Below are positions 8,863 to 22,573 of a stretch of DNA of 54,931 nt, one piece after another (position 1 is the first letter of the stretch; each line of letters starts with the position of its first letter). The translations under genes were made by a program, and so were the position numbers. The notes below the pieces were generated by a model, which had not been told where the DNA came from, made no database searches, and worked only from the letters and a program-made list of their open reading frames with translations. The stretch is from the NCBI GenBank assembly GCA_963923875.1, contig CAWUOG010000001.1:1-54931 (forward strand), given 5' to 3'. This stretch comes from an uncultured Alphaproteobacteria bacterium. GTDB taxonomy: Bacteria > Pseudomonadota > Alphaproteobacteria > Reyranellales > Reyranellaceae.

Positions 8863-10071
8863 CTAGAGCCCCAGCGCCGCCTTGGCGATGATGTTGCGCT
8901 GGATCTCGTTGGAACCGGCATAAATCGTCGAGGCGCGGTTGTTGAGATAGAGCGGCATCGCGGTCAGTCCGGCCTCCGGAACCACCATAGGCTCATTGTG
9001 GCCCAGCAGACGGGCCTCTGGCTCGAAGGGCGCAGCGTACCAGGCCAGCGCCTCGATCCCGAGATGATCGATTTTCTGCAGTGTCTCGCTGCCGCGAATC
9101 TTCATGGACGACGAAACGGTGCCTGGGTTCCGCCCTTTGCTGAGGTCGGACAGGACCTGCAGTTCGATCATTTCCAGGGCCTGGATCTCCATCTCTGCCT
9201 CGGCCAAGCGCTCGGCGAAGCTGCGTTCGGCGATCAACCGGCCGGCACCATCGGCGGCTTCTTCGCGCGCGATGCGCCGGATGTCTTCCAGGCGAGCATG
9301 CAGATTGGGAGTATAGGCATCGCCGCCACGCTCGAACTCGAGCAGATACTTGGCCACGGTCCAGCCGGCATTTTCCGGTCCGATGCGATTGGCGATCGGC
9401 GTCCGGACATTGTCGAAGAACACCTGATTGACCTCATGGTCGCCGGCAAGAGTGACGATCGGCTTCACGCTGAGGCCGGGCGTCTTCATCGAATCGATCA
9501 GGACAAACGAAATGCCGTCCTGTGGCTTGCCCTCGGCCGCGGTGCGCACCAGGCAAAACATGTGATCTGCGACATGGGCACCAGTGGTCCAGATCTTGGT
9601 GCCATTGATGACGTAGTCGTCGCCGTCTTTTACCGCGCGCGTCTTCAGGCTGGCGAGATCGGACCCCGAGCCCGGTTCCGAATAGCCCTGGCAGAACACG
9701 ATATCGCCGGACACGATGCGGGGCAGGTACTTCGCCTTCTGCTCAGGCGTGCCGAACTTCATGATCACCGGGCCAACCATGCGCAAGCCCATGGCGAAGA
9801 TGCGTGGCGCATCGGCAGCGACGCACTCACGGGCGAAAATGTAGCGCTGCGTGGCATCCCAGCCGGTACCGCCGTATTCCTTGGGCCAACTCGGCGCCGA
9901 CCAACCGCGCCTGGCCAAGGTCTTGTGCCAACGCTGCCCGGCCTCGAACTCGGCGAAGACCCCGGCAGTCTTGCGACCGGCCTCACGCAGATCTTCGGTC
10001 AAATTCTGGTCGAGAAACCTGCGCACCTCTTCGCGAAACGCCTCGTCCTGCGGGCTGAGGGCCAGATCCAC
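8863..10071 (-). CDS. Acyl-CoA dehydrogenase (PimC-like)
   Basis: FCQGYSEPGSGSDLASL, INGTKIWTT, GWTVAKYLLEFER and STIYAGSNEIQRNII motifs. GTG start at 10071 after GGAGG. Confidence 0.9.
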   Translation of the reverse strand: MDLALSPQDEAFREEVRRFLDQNLTEDLREAGRKTAGVFAEFEAGQRWHKTLARRGWSAPSWPKEYGGTGWDATQRYIFARECVAADAPRIFAMGLRMVGPVIMKFGTPEQKAKYLPRIVSGDIVFCQGYSEPGSGSDLASLKTRAVKDGDDYVINGTKIWTTGAHVADHMFCLVRTAAEGKPQDGISFVLIDSMKTPGLSVKPIVTLAGDHEVNQVFFDNVRTPIANRIGPENAGWTVAKYLLEFERGGDAYTPNLHARLEDIRRIAREEAADGAGRLIAERSFAERLAEAEMEIQALEMIELQVLSDLSKGRNPGTVSSSMKIRGSETLQKIDHLGIEALAWYAAPFEPEARLLGHNEPMVVPEAGLTAMPLYLNNRASTIYAGSNEIQRNIIAKAALGL

Positions 10072-10203
10072 ATCGTCCTCCCGGTTCTTTCCACAAAGGC
10101 TAGCGGCCGATCGCGCTCGCCGTCCAGTGCGAGGCTGGCCGGAGCTTCCGCGCGGCGGTATGGTTTTGGCCAAGCGTGCAGCGTCCGACGCGGAGAACGT
10201 GCC

Positions 10204-11121
10204 ATGCGTGTTTTCGCCTGCCTGATTGCCCTGCTCCTCGCCATTGCACCGGGGGCCGCACAAGAGCGCAAGGAAGTCGATCTCGTGCTGGCGCTTGCGA
10301 TCGATATCTCCGGCAGCATCGACCCCGAGGAAGCACGTCTGCAGCGTCAGGGCTACGTCCAGGCGTTCCGCGACCGTGAGATCGTCAAGGCCATACTGGG
10401 CGGCGCCACCGGTCGAATCGCCGTCGCCTATTTCGAATGGTCGGATTCGTGGATGCAGAAGCTGCTGATGGACTGGACCCTGCTCGACAGCGAGGCGGCG
10501 ATCGAAGCTTTCGCGAGCCGCCTCAATGAGGCGCCGATATCGATTGCACGCCGAACCTCGATCAGCGGCGCCATGCGATATGCCGTCCCGCTCTTCGTTC
10601 GCGCACCCTACGTCACCGAGCGCAAGGTGCTGGACGTTTCAGGCGACGGTTCCAACAATGACGGCATGCTGGTCACCGACATGCGCCACGAACTGCTCAA
10701 GGAACGCATCGTCATCAACGGCCTGCCGATCATGAACGACCGCCCCAATCCGTTTGGCTTTCCCAACGAGACGGACCTCGACAAGTATTATCTGCATTGC
10801 GTGACCGGGGGGCCGCGCTCGTTCGTGGAAGTCGCGCGCAACTTCGACGACTTTCCACGCGCCGTGCGCAAGAAGCTGTTGCAAGAAGTCGCCAACCTCG
10901 CACCGGATTGGGGGCCACGCTCGGATATCGACGTTGGCGGCGACCTCCTCCGCGACGGCGTACGACTCGCCCAGACTACCCAGCAACCCAGCCGCCCGCG
11001 CCGGCGCAACGATGACGACTACACCAAGTTCGTCAGGCCGGACTACGAATTGGGCTGCGACATCGGGGAGCGGCGCAGCCGCGAGTTCTGGCAGCGCCGC
11101 TTCGGGACGACTCCGGACTGA
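10204..11121 (+). CDS. Secreted DUF1194 (vWA-like) protein
   Basis: Signal peptide MRVFACLIALLLAIAPGAAQ. VDLVLALAIDISGS (DxSxS), RTSISGA, DVSGDGSNNDG, INGLPI and YY..CVTGGPRSF motifs. Confidence 0.85.
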   Translation: MRVFACLIALLLAIAPGAAQERKEVDLVLALAIDISGSIDPEEARLQRQGYVQAFRDREIVKAILGGATGRIAVAYFEWSDSWMQKLLMDWTLLDSEAAIEAFASRLNEAPISIARRTSISGAMRYAVPLFVRAPYVTERKVLDVSGDGSNNDGMLVTDMRHELLKERIVINGLPIMNDRPNPFGFPNETDLDKYYLHCVTGGPRSFVEVARNFDDFPRAVRKKLLQEVANLAPDWGPRSDIDVGGDLLRDGVRLAQTTQQPSRPRRRNDDDYTKFVRPDYELGCDIGERRSREFWQRRFGTTPD

Positions 11122-11133
11122 ATTCCGCGCCCG

Positions 11134-11580
11134 CTAATCCAGGGAGTAGTCGTACCGGATGAAGCCGCGGAACACCGCGACCTTGTCGTACAGCGCTCGC
11201 GCCCGCGCATTGTCCTGTCTGGTCTGCCAATAGTAGCGTGAGGCGCCGCGCCGACGAGCCTCTGCCGCGACCGCGTCGATCAGGGCTCGCGCCACTCCCT
11301 GGCCGCGCGCCGTCTCGTCGGTGAACAGATCCTGCAGATAGCAAACGTCGTCTCGCCAGACGTTTGCGTGAAACAGGTAATGCGCGATGCCGACCAGCCG
11401 TCCGTCGACACGCGCTCCCAGCGCGTAAGCACCTTCACCGGTCCGCAGGCGCCGCCAGACACGGTCATAAATATCCGGCGGCCAGACCGTCTCGTAAAAA
11501 TTATTGTAGCCAGTGGCGAGGCCCTGCCAAGCGGCGCGGTCGGAGTTGGCGAGCGGTGCGATCTCGATCATGACAACCAT
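11134..11580 (-). CDS. GNAT family N-acetyltransferase
   Basis: CYLQDLFTDETARGQGVARALI (RGxG AcCoA motif) and YWQTRQDNARARALYDK. Confidence 0.88.
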   Translation of the reverse strand: MVVMIEIAPLANSDRAAWQGLATGYNNFYETVWPPDIYDRVWRRLRTGEGAYALGARVDGRLVGIAHYLFHANVWRDDVCYLQDLFTDETARGQGVARALIDAVAAEARRRGASRYYWQTRQDNARARALYDKVAVFRGFIRYDYSLD

Positions 11581-11670
11581 TGGCGCACGAGATTTGTGCC
11601 GGCTGCCGAGAGATTATTTCAGCCGGCCCCGCAATGCGACGGCGGCACCGGCCGTCCTATCTTGAACAAC

Positions 11671-12603
11671 ATGACCGCGCCCGCGCCCTATTCCGGTCCC
11701 TTCCACACCGATGAACTCGCTGCCCAGGCGTTGGCGCAGCAGAGTAGTCCGGGAGCCGGCATCCGCCCCTTCATGCCTGATCAGCATCGCGAGTTCTTCG
11801 CCGGCCTGCCCTACATCTTCATGGCGACGGCCGACCGCCGAGGCTGGCCGGTTCCATCGCTCGTGAGCGGCGCACCGGGCTTTGTGCAATCTCCCGATCC
11901 CACGACCCTCACGATTTCCGCGCGCCCCGGTGAAGACGATCCGGCCACTGCCGGGCTTCTCGAAGGCGCACCTGTCGGGTTGCTGGGTCTCGACCTCACC
12001 AATCGCCGGCGCAACCGCGCCAACGGCATCGTACGTGCAATCGGACCGGGCGGATTCGCCGTCGACGTGTCACAGAGCTTCGGCAATTGCGCCCAGTACA
12101 TCCAGACGCGATATCCCAGGCCACGTCCGAGTGTGCCTGCCGCCACGGAACAGATCGCTTCGCTCGACCCTGCGGCACGACGGCTGATAGCCGGCGCCGA
12201 TACCTTCTTCGTCGCCAGCCGTTCGCGCGAAGGGCTGGCATCCGGCGGTCTGGATATGTCGCATCGAGGCGGGAGACCCGGCTTCGTCGGCGTCCACGGC
12301 GACGAGTTGCGCATCCCCGACTTCCGCGGCAACCGCTTCTTCAATACCCTGGGCAACCTGCTGGGCGACCCCCGCGCCGGCCTGCTGTTCATCGACTTCG
12401 CTTCGGGCGAGCTTCTGCAGCTGCAGGGCCATGTCACGATCGAATGGGCGCCCAAGGATGCGCTGCCCGCTGGTGCGCTGCACCTGTGGCGCTTCGCCGC
12501 CGAACGCGGCTTCAGGCGGCGCGCCGCCCTTGCCCTCGACTGGAGATTCGGCGAGTTCGCGCCGACTACGCTGGCGACCGCCGCCTGGGCGGCGGAAAAC
12601 TAG
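11671..12603 (+). CDS. Pyridoxamine 5'-phosphate oxidase family protein (tandem split-barrel FMN-binding domains)
   Basis: MPDQHREFF, RRRNRANG, SFGNCAQYIQ, ADTFFVAS, DMSHRGGRPGFV and PDFRGNRFFNTLGNL motifs. Start moved to ATG 11671. Confidence 0.85.
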   Translation: MTAPAPYSGPFHTDELAAQALAQQSSPGAGIRPFMPDQHREFFAGLPYIFMATADRRGWPVPSLVSGAPGFVQSPDPTTLTISARPGEDDPATAGLLEGAPVGLLGLDLTNRRRNRANGIVRAIGPGGFAVDVSQSFGNCAQYIQTRYPRPRPSVPAATEQIASLDPAARRLIAGADTFFVASRSREGLASGGLDMSHRGGRPGFVGVHGDELRIPDFRGNRFFNTLGNLLGDPRAGLLFIDFASGELLQLQGHVTIEWAPKDALPAGALHLWRFAAERGFRRRAALALDWRFGEFAPTTLATAAWAAEN

Positions 12604-13031
12604 GCCCGTCCGAGCCGCGACACGATCGCTTCCAGTGCCAGCACGTAGGAGTCCACTCCAAAGCCCGCGATCATGCCCACGGCGGATTCCGCGGTCAGCG
12701 AACGGCGGCCGCGCTTTTCAATGTTCGTCATGTGAATCTCGATTGACGGCACCTTCACCGAAGCCAGGCAATCGCGCAGCGCATGACCGGCGTGCAGGAA
12801 GCCTGCCGGATTGAATAGGATACCGTCGACCCCGGCGCGCTCGGCCTTGTAAATCGCCGACACCGCCTCGCCTTCGGTGTTGGTGTAGAGGATGTCCAGG
12901 ATCACGCCGAGCGCACGGGCGCGCCGGCGCAGCAGAGCATCCAGCTCCTTGGCCGTTGTCGTGCCGTACAATTCGGGCTGGCGGCGTCCCAGGTACTCCA
13001 TGTTGGCGCCCTGGATCAGCAACAGTTTCAT
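12600..13031 (-). CDS. aroQ: Type II 3-dehydroquinate dehydratase-like protein (divergent)
   Basis: QGANMEYLGRRQPELYG, TNTEGE, NPAGFLH..ALRD, IEIHMTNI and AGFGVDSY motifs. Confidence 0.75.
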   Translation of the reverse strand: MKLLLIQGANMEYLGRRQPELYGTTTAKELDALLRRRARALGVILDILYTNTEGEAVSAIYKAERAGVDGILFNPAGFLHAGHALRDCLASVKVPSIEIHMTNIEKRGRRSLTAESAVGMIAGFGVDSYVLALEAIVSRLGRA

Positions 13032-13175
13032 TACAGTCCCACTCGCGCCGGCAAGCCCCCACGGCCACCCGGCGGTTGCAGAGTAATGCAGCTTTTCTCC
13101 AAATTGAACTGCTCACTTTTGGGTGCAGTCCATCCGGCGAACCCTGTCAACGCCACCGCTCCAGCCGGAAAGGCC

Positions 13176-14612
13176 CTATCGCGGAAGCGTCGTGCTCCCC
13201 ATCAGCGTTTCGTCAATGGCCCGCGCGCACTGACGGCCTTCGCGAATCGCCCAGACCACCAGCGACTGGCCGCGACGCATGTCGCCGGCGGCGAACAAGC
13301 GCGGCACCGATGTCTTGTAGTCGGCGGTATTGGCCAGCACGTTGCCGCGCGTATCGAGGGTGACGCCAGACTGCTCGACCATGCCGGGCTTGCGCGGGCC
13401 AAGGAAGCCCATTGCCAGCAGCACGAGGTCAGCCTTGAGCTCGAACTTGCTGCCGTCGACTTCCTTCATCTGGCCCTTGTCGAAGACCACGCGCACGCAT
13501 TCCAGGCCAGTGAGCTTGCCGTTCGTGCCGACCGCCTTCTTGGTCAACACGGCGAAGTCGCGCTCGGCACCCTCCTCGTGGCTCGACGAAGTGCGCAGTT
13601 TCAGCGGCCAATCCGGCCAGGTCAGCGCCTTGTCTTCCCTTTCGGGTGGACGCGGCATGACCTCGAGCTGAGTCACCGAGGCGGCACCCTGACGATTCGA
13701 GGTGCCGACACAATCCGAACCGGTGTCGCCGCCGCCGATAACCACGACGTGCTTGCCCTTTGCGCTGAGCGTGCCGCGCGGGGCGGCACGCGCCTCATCG
13801 TCGCCGGCGACACGCTTGTTCTGCTGCACCAGAAAATCCATGGCGTAGTGAATGCCCTCGAGATCGCGGCCCGGCACCTCCAGGTTGCGCGGGAATTCCG
13901 CGCCGCCGGTCAGAGCGACAGCGTCATAGCCCTCGAGCAGAGACTTGATCGACAAGGTAGCGCCGACTTCGACGCCGGTACGGAACTCGACGCCCTCGGC
14001 TTCCATCTGCCGCATGCGGCGGTCAATAAGGTGCTTCTCCATCTTGAAGTCGGGAATGCCGTAGCGCAGCAGACCGCCGATGCGATCGGCCTTCTCGAAC
14101 AGCGTCACCGAGTGGCCGGCGCGCGCCAGTTGCTGGGCGCAGGCCATGCCGGCCGGGCCGGAGCCGACCACGGCAACCCGCTTGCCGGTCTTGCGCGAAG
14201 GCATGAAGGGCTGGATCCAGCCTTCCTGCCAGCCGCGGTCGACGATCGAGCACTCGATCGATTTGATGGTCACCGGATTGTCGTCGATATTGAGCGTACA
14301 CGACGCCTCGCACGGCGCCGGGCAGATGCGGCCGGTGAACTCGGGGAAATTGTTGGTCGAGTGCAGAACGTCCAGCGCCGCCTGCCAACGGTCGCGCCGC
14401 ACCAGCTCGTTCCAATCCGGGATCAGATTGTTGACCGGGCAGCCGTTGTGACAGAACGGGATACCGCAATCCATGCAGCGTGCGCCCTGCTTGCTCACCT
14501 CGGCAGGCGGCAACGGCAGGACGAACTCCTTCCAGTGCTTCAGGCGCTTGTCGACCTTTTCGTACGGCCGATCCTGACGCTCGATCTCGAGAAAACCTGT
14601 CGGAAGACCCAT
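13176..14612 (-). CDS. gltD: Glutamate synthase small subunit
   Basis: [46 protein letters not shown] and [20 protein letters not shown] motifs. Confidence 0.97.
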   Translation of the reverse strand: MGLPTGFLEIERQDRPYEKVDKRLKHWKEFVLPLPPAEVSKQGARCMDCGIPFCHNGCPVNNLIPDWNELVRRDRWQAALDVLHSTNNFPEFTGRICPAPCEASCTLNIDDNPVTIKSIECSIVDRGWQEGWIQPFMPSRKTGKRVAVVGSGPAGMACAQQLARAGHSVTLFEKADRIGGLLRYGIPDFKMEKHLIDRRMRQMEAEGVEFRTGVEVGATLSIKSLLEGYDAVALTGGAEFPRNLEVPGRDLEGIHYAMDFLVQQNKRVAGDDEARAAPRGTLSAKGKHVVVIGGGDTGSDCVGTSNRQGAASVTQLEVMPRPPEREDKALTWPDWPLKLRTSSSHEEGAERDFAVLTKKAVGTNGKLTGLECVRVVFDKGQMKEVDGSKFELKADLVLLAMGFLGPRKPGMVEQSGVTLDTRGNVLANTADYKTSVPRLFAAGDMRRGQSLVVWAIREGRQCARAIDETLMGSTTLPR

Positions 14613-14614
14613 GA

Positions 14615-19258
<4,644 letters not shown>

Positions 19259-19509
19259 TCAGGTCACGCGCAGACAGACCGCCCTGATGCGGTCCCTCTC
19301 CCCTCTCAATTCAGGATTTCCGACATTACCCGAGGGGATGCAAGAGGCGAAGTGGTTCCTTAGCGGGCTGTTCGGGCCACTGAAAGTCTGTCGAGAGGCC
19401 GGACACCGCCTCCCCGAACCGGCAGACCGTCCGATGAGGCCGGGTCGCGCCATTGAAGGCGCGCGTCCCATGCCGTACTTTGGTTCCAGCGTTGGTTTTG
19501 GGGAGAAAC

Positions 19510-19767
19510 ATGGCGCGGAAGTTGGTAATTGCGGCGGCCATCCTGTCGGCGACGCTGGCGGGCTGCAGCAAGGGCCCGAGCGTGGCCTGGGCAGGGCCAG
19601 GTTGGTACCTCGAACTGCCCTATACCGTCATCGCAGGTGGCCCGGGCGTTTACGGCGGCCCGTATACCTATGACGGCTGCGAGGCCAAACGGAAGGATCA
19701 GATCCAGCCCGAACGCTTCCTGTGCGTCATGGAAACGAAGCAGCCGACGAAGTACGGCTTCTACTAG
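19510..19767 (+). CDS. Small predicted lipoprotein, unknown function (85 aa)
   Basis: GGAG RBS; MARK, hydrophobic core and LAGC lipobox; two further Cys; GC3-rich codons. Confidence 0.7.
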   Translation: MARKLVIAAAILSATLAGCSKGPSVAWAGPGWYLELPYTVIAGGPGVYGGPYTYDGCEAKRKDQIQPERFLCVMETKQPTKYGFY

Positions 19768-19772
19768 CGAGG

Positions 19773-20304
19773 TTATCCGATCGTCATAAGGCTGGCGTTA
19801 CCGCCGGCCGCGGTGGTGTTGACGCTGAGCGATACCTCTCTGGGCAGAAAATCGACCGGATAAGGGGCCACAAAAATCGGCACGACCGCTTTCTGGCGAG
19901 ACCGCGCCGCGGCATCCCCTGACAGACACAGCACCGTCCCCTTGGCCCGCACCTTGTAGACGTTGCGCTCGCTCACCGGGCCCGGAAGCTCGTGCTCGGC
20001 CAGAATGGCGCCGACGGGGCGCTCAGCGAGCAACCGCAGCAGACGAACGGCTGCACCCCCACGGCGGCACCGATGATGGTGCGGTTGACATACAGATTGC
20101 CTGCCACACTGGCCGCGGTCGCCGGCTTGATCGTCTGGTCGATGCGGCTTTGGGTGCCAAAGGTCAGTCCACAGCCCGTGGCGTAGACCTGACGGATCAC
20201 TTCCTAGAGACGCTCGCGCGCATAGCGATGCCGATAGCCCAGGACAATGGCCTCGCGTAGCGGAGGGAGCGGCCGTCTGAGGGGGGAAATGCGGGCGCGG
20301 ACAT
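19773..20304 (-). pseudogene. putA: Collapsed remnant of bifunctional proline dehydrogenase/P5C dehydrogenase
   Basis: Fragments in different frames: ATGCGLTFGTQSRIDQTI...AGNLYVNRTIIGAAVGVQPF, LPGPVSERNVY and the PutA C-terminus EVSLSVNTTAAGGNASLMTIG*. About 0.5 kb versus over 3 kb for intact putA. The 5' boundary is tentative. Confidence 0.8.
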
Positions 20305-20352
20305 GTCGCCTACCTTCGGTTGGCGCTAACATAGGGTGAGGAGACGCCCGCA

Positions 20353-21321
20353 ATGAAAAGAGTTTTGCGCCTGGTGGCGGCGTTACTTTTGTCCCTGCCC
20401 TTGGCGGCCCACGCCCAGACAGTCGCCTGGCCGCAAAAGCCGGTGCGGATCGTCGTGCCCTTCCCTGCCGGCGGATCGAACGACACGCTGTGCCGCATCC
20501 TCGGCGAGAAACTCTCATCGGCCTGGGGCCAGCCGGTCATCGTCGACAACAAGCCGGGTGCCGGCGGCAATGTCGGCGCCGAGGTCGCCTACAGGTCTGA
20601 TGGCGACGGCTACACCCTGCTGTGCAGTCCGCCAGGACCGCTGTCGATCAATCACAACCTCTACAAGACCCTGCCGTACGACTGGTCGAAATTCGCGCCG
20701 ATCACGGTGTTGGCGCTGTCGACCAACGTGATCACCGCCCGCGCCGACCTGCCGGCCGGAACGGCGCAGGAATTCATTGCCTACGCCAGGGCCAATCCCG
20801 GCAAGGTGACCTATGCGAGCCAGGGCAACGGATCGACGTCGCATCTGACCGCGGAGATGTTCGCGACCCAGGCAGGCGTCAAGCTCGTGCACGTACCCTA
20901 CAAGGGCGAAGGACCGGCGCTGCTGGACATCACGGCCGGCCGCGTCGACGTCTTCTTCGGCAACATCTCGGCGGCCCTTCGCTTCCAGAAGGCGGGGCAG
21001 GTGAAGTTCCTCGGTGTCACCGGCCGCAGTCGCAGCCCGGTTTCGCCCGATACACCCGATGCGACAGAAATCGGCTTGCCCAACCTGATTGCCAGCGCTT
21101 GGTTCGCCATGGTCGCACCACCCGGCACGCCCGAGTCGGTCGTCCAGAAAATCAACGGCGATTCGGCTGCCGCACTGAAGCTGCCCGACGTACGCGCCAA
21201 GTTTCTCGAGCAGGGTGCCGAACCGGTCGGCCAGGGAACCGCCGCCACAGCCGCCTTTATCAAGGAAGAGGAAGCGCGCTGGCGCGATGTCATCAAGTCC
21301 GCCAACGTCACGCTCGAATAG
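20353..21321 (+). CDS. tphC: Tripartite tricarboxylate transporter solute-binding protein (Bug/TctC), TphC-like
   Basis: Signal peptide; VPFPAGGSND, NKPGAGGNVG and VPYKG motifs. SPPGPLSINHNLY, QGNGSTSHLTA and DVFFGNIS match my recollection of Comamonas TphC. First gene of the tph-like operon. Confidence 0.72.
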   Translation: MKRVLRLVAALLLSLPLAAHAQTVAWPQKPVRIVVPFPAGGSNDTLCRILGEKLSSAWGQPVIVDNKPGAGGNVGAEVAYRSDGDGYTLLCSPPGPLSINHNLYKTLPYDWSKFAPITVLALSTNVITARADLPAGTAQEFIAYARANPGKVTYASQGNGSTSHLTAEMFATQAGVKLVHVPYKGEGPALLDITAGRVDVFFGNISAALRFQKAGQVKFLGVTGRSRSPVSPDTPDATEIGLPNLIASAWFAMVAPPGTPESVVQKINGDSAAALKLPDVRAKFLEQGAEPVGQGTAATAAFIKEEEARWRDVIKSANVTLE

Positions 21322-21331
21322 CGAGGTTGCC

Positions 21332-22573
21332 ATGGACACTCATCAGCGGATCGGCGCCTGGCCCGACGACTCGGTCGCCCGGGTCCCCTACTGGGTCTAC
21401 CAGGACGAGGCAAATTACCGGCGCGAGCTGGAGCGCCTGTTCGAAGGCCCGACCTGGAACTTCGTCTGCCTCGAGGCCGATATTCCAGAGAAAGGCGACT
21501 ACCGCACCAATGTTGTGGGGGCGATGCCTGTCATCGTGGTGCGCGATGTCAACGGCGCCATCAACTGCTTCGAGAACCGGTGTGCCCATCGCGGGGCACT
21601 GATCGCCTTCGACGATGGCGGCAAAGTCGAGAACCAGTTCAAGTGCATCTATCATGCCTGGAGCTACGACCTCTGCGGCAACTTGCGTGGGATCGCGTTC
21701 GAAAAGGGCATCAACGGCGTGGGGGGCATGCCGAAGGATTTCCAACGCGACCGCTATGGGCCGCGCAAACTCAGGACCACGACGCTGGGCGGAATGGTGT
21801 TCGCCACCCTGTCGGACGAGACGCCACCGATCGAACAGTATCTCGGCGCGGAGATACTGGGTCGCGTGAAGCGCGTGCTGAACCGTCCAATCAAGGTGAT
21901 GGGTCGCTTCGTCCAGGTGCTGCCCAACAACTGGAAGCTCTATGTCGAGAACGTCAAGGACACCTACCACGCAAGCCTGCTGCACCTCTTCTTCGGAACC
22001 TTCCGCATCACCCGCCTGACCCAGGGCGGCGGCGTGCTGGTCAGCCCCGACGGCGGCCACCACGCGAGCTACACGATCGACAAGGCCGACGACGCCCAGA
22101 GTACGGCCTATCGCGATCAGGGCATCCGCAGCGAGAACAAGGACTACAAGCTGGCCGATCCGACGCTGCTCGACACGGTCGAAGAGTTCGGCGACCGCAT
22201 CCAGCTTCAGATCCTGTCGGTGTTCCCGGCGCTGATCCTGCAGCAGATCCACAACTGCCTCGCGGTACGCCAGGTCGTGCCGCTCGGTCCCGACAAGATG
22301 GAGATCCGCTGGACCTACTTCGGCTTCGAGGACGATCCGCCGGAAATGACGCGCCGGAGACTGAAGCAGCAGAATCTGGTCGGCCCGGCCGGCTTCGTTT
22401 CGATGGAAGACGGCTGCGTCGGGGGCTTCGTGCAGCGCGGCATCGCCGCCGCCGGCGACGAAGTGTCGGTGATCGAGATGGGAGGCGCCACCACCGAGAG
22501 CCAGGCAACCCGCGCCACCGAGGCCTCAGTTCGAGGCTTCTGGAAGGCCTATCGCGAGCGGATGGGCTACTGA
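21332..22573 (+). CDS. tphA2: Rieske ring-hydroxylating dioxygenase alpha subunit, terephthalate 1,2-dioxygenase-like
   Basis: Rieske ENRCAHRG...CIYHAWSY; mononuclear Fe ligands ENVKDTYHASLLH and SMED. Long matches to recalled TphA2: AFEKG..G.GGMP, GPRKLR, LPNNWKLY, LQILSVFP, GPAGF.SMEDG.VGGFVQRGIA, RATE.SVRGFWKAYR. Start ATG 21332 after GAGG. Confidence 0.82.
   Translation: MDTHQRIGAWPDDSVARVPYWVYQDEANYRRELERLFEGPTWNFVCLEADIPEKGDYRTNVVGAMPVIVVRDVNGAINCFENRCAHRGALIAFDDGGKVENQFKCIYHAWSYDLCGNLRGIAFEKGINGVGGMPKDFQRDRYGPRKLRTTTLGGMVFATLSDETPPIEQYLGAEILGRVKRVLNRPIKVMGRFVQVLPNNWKLYVENVKDTYHASLLHLFFGTFRITRLTQGGGVLVSPDGGHHASYTIDKADDAQSTAYRDQGIRSENKDYKLADPTLLDTVEEFGDRIQLQILSVFPALILQQIHNCLAVRQVVPLGPDKMEIRWTYFGFEDDPPEMTRRRLKQQNLVGPAGFVSMEDGCVGGFVQRGIAAAGDEVSVIEMGGATTESQATRATEASVRGFWKAYRERMGY

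Noticed and set aside
8785-11121. Apparent long fusion ORFs from the track (8785-11121, 1219-4086, 21580-23037, 30060-32111, 33491-35836, 41132-42289)
   Set aside because: The N-terminal extensions overlap other real genes. True starts with an RBS or stop/start coupling lie downstream, so these are not fusions.
13109-13127. NtrC-like site TGCTCACTTTTGGGTGCA upstream of the aroQ-like gene
   Set aside because: The spacing is one base longer than the 17-bp NtrC consensus, and no correctly spaced sigma54 GG-N10-GC element was found.
19259-19471. 70-aa ORF in frame with gltB and ending in TGA right before its ATG (readthrough or leader peptide)
   Set aside because: Composition is not protein-like, and GltB is complete from 19258 with a normal short propeptide before the catalytic Cys.
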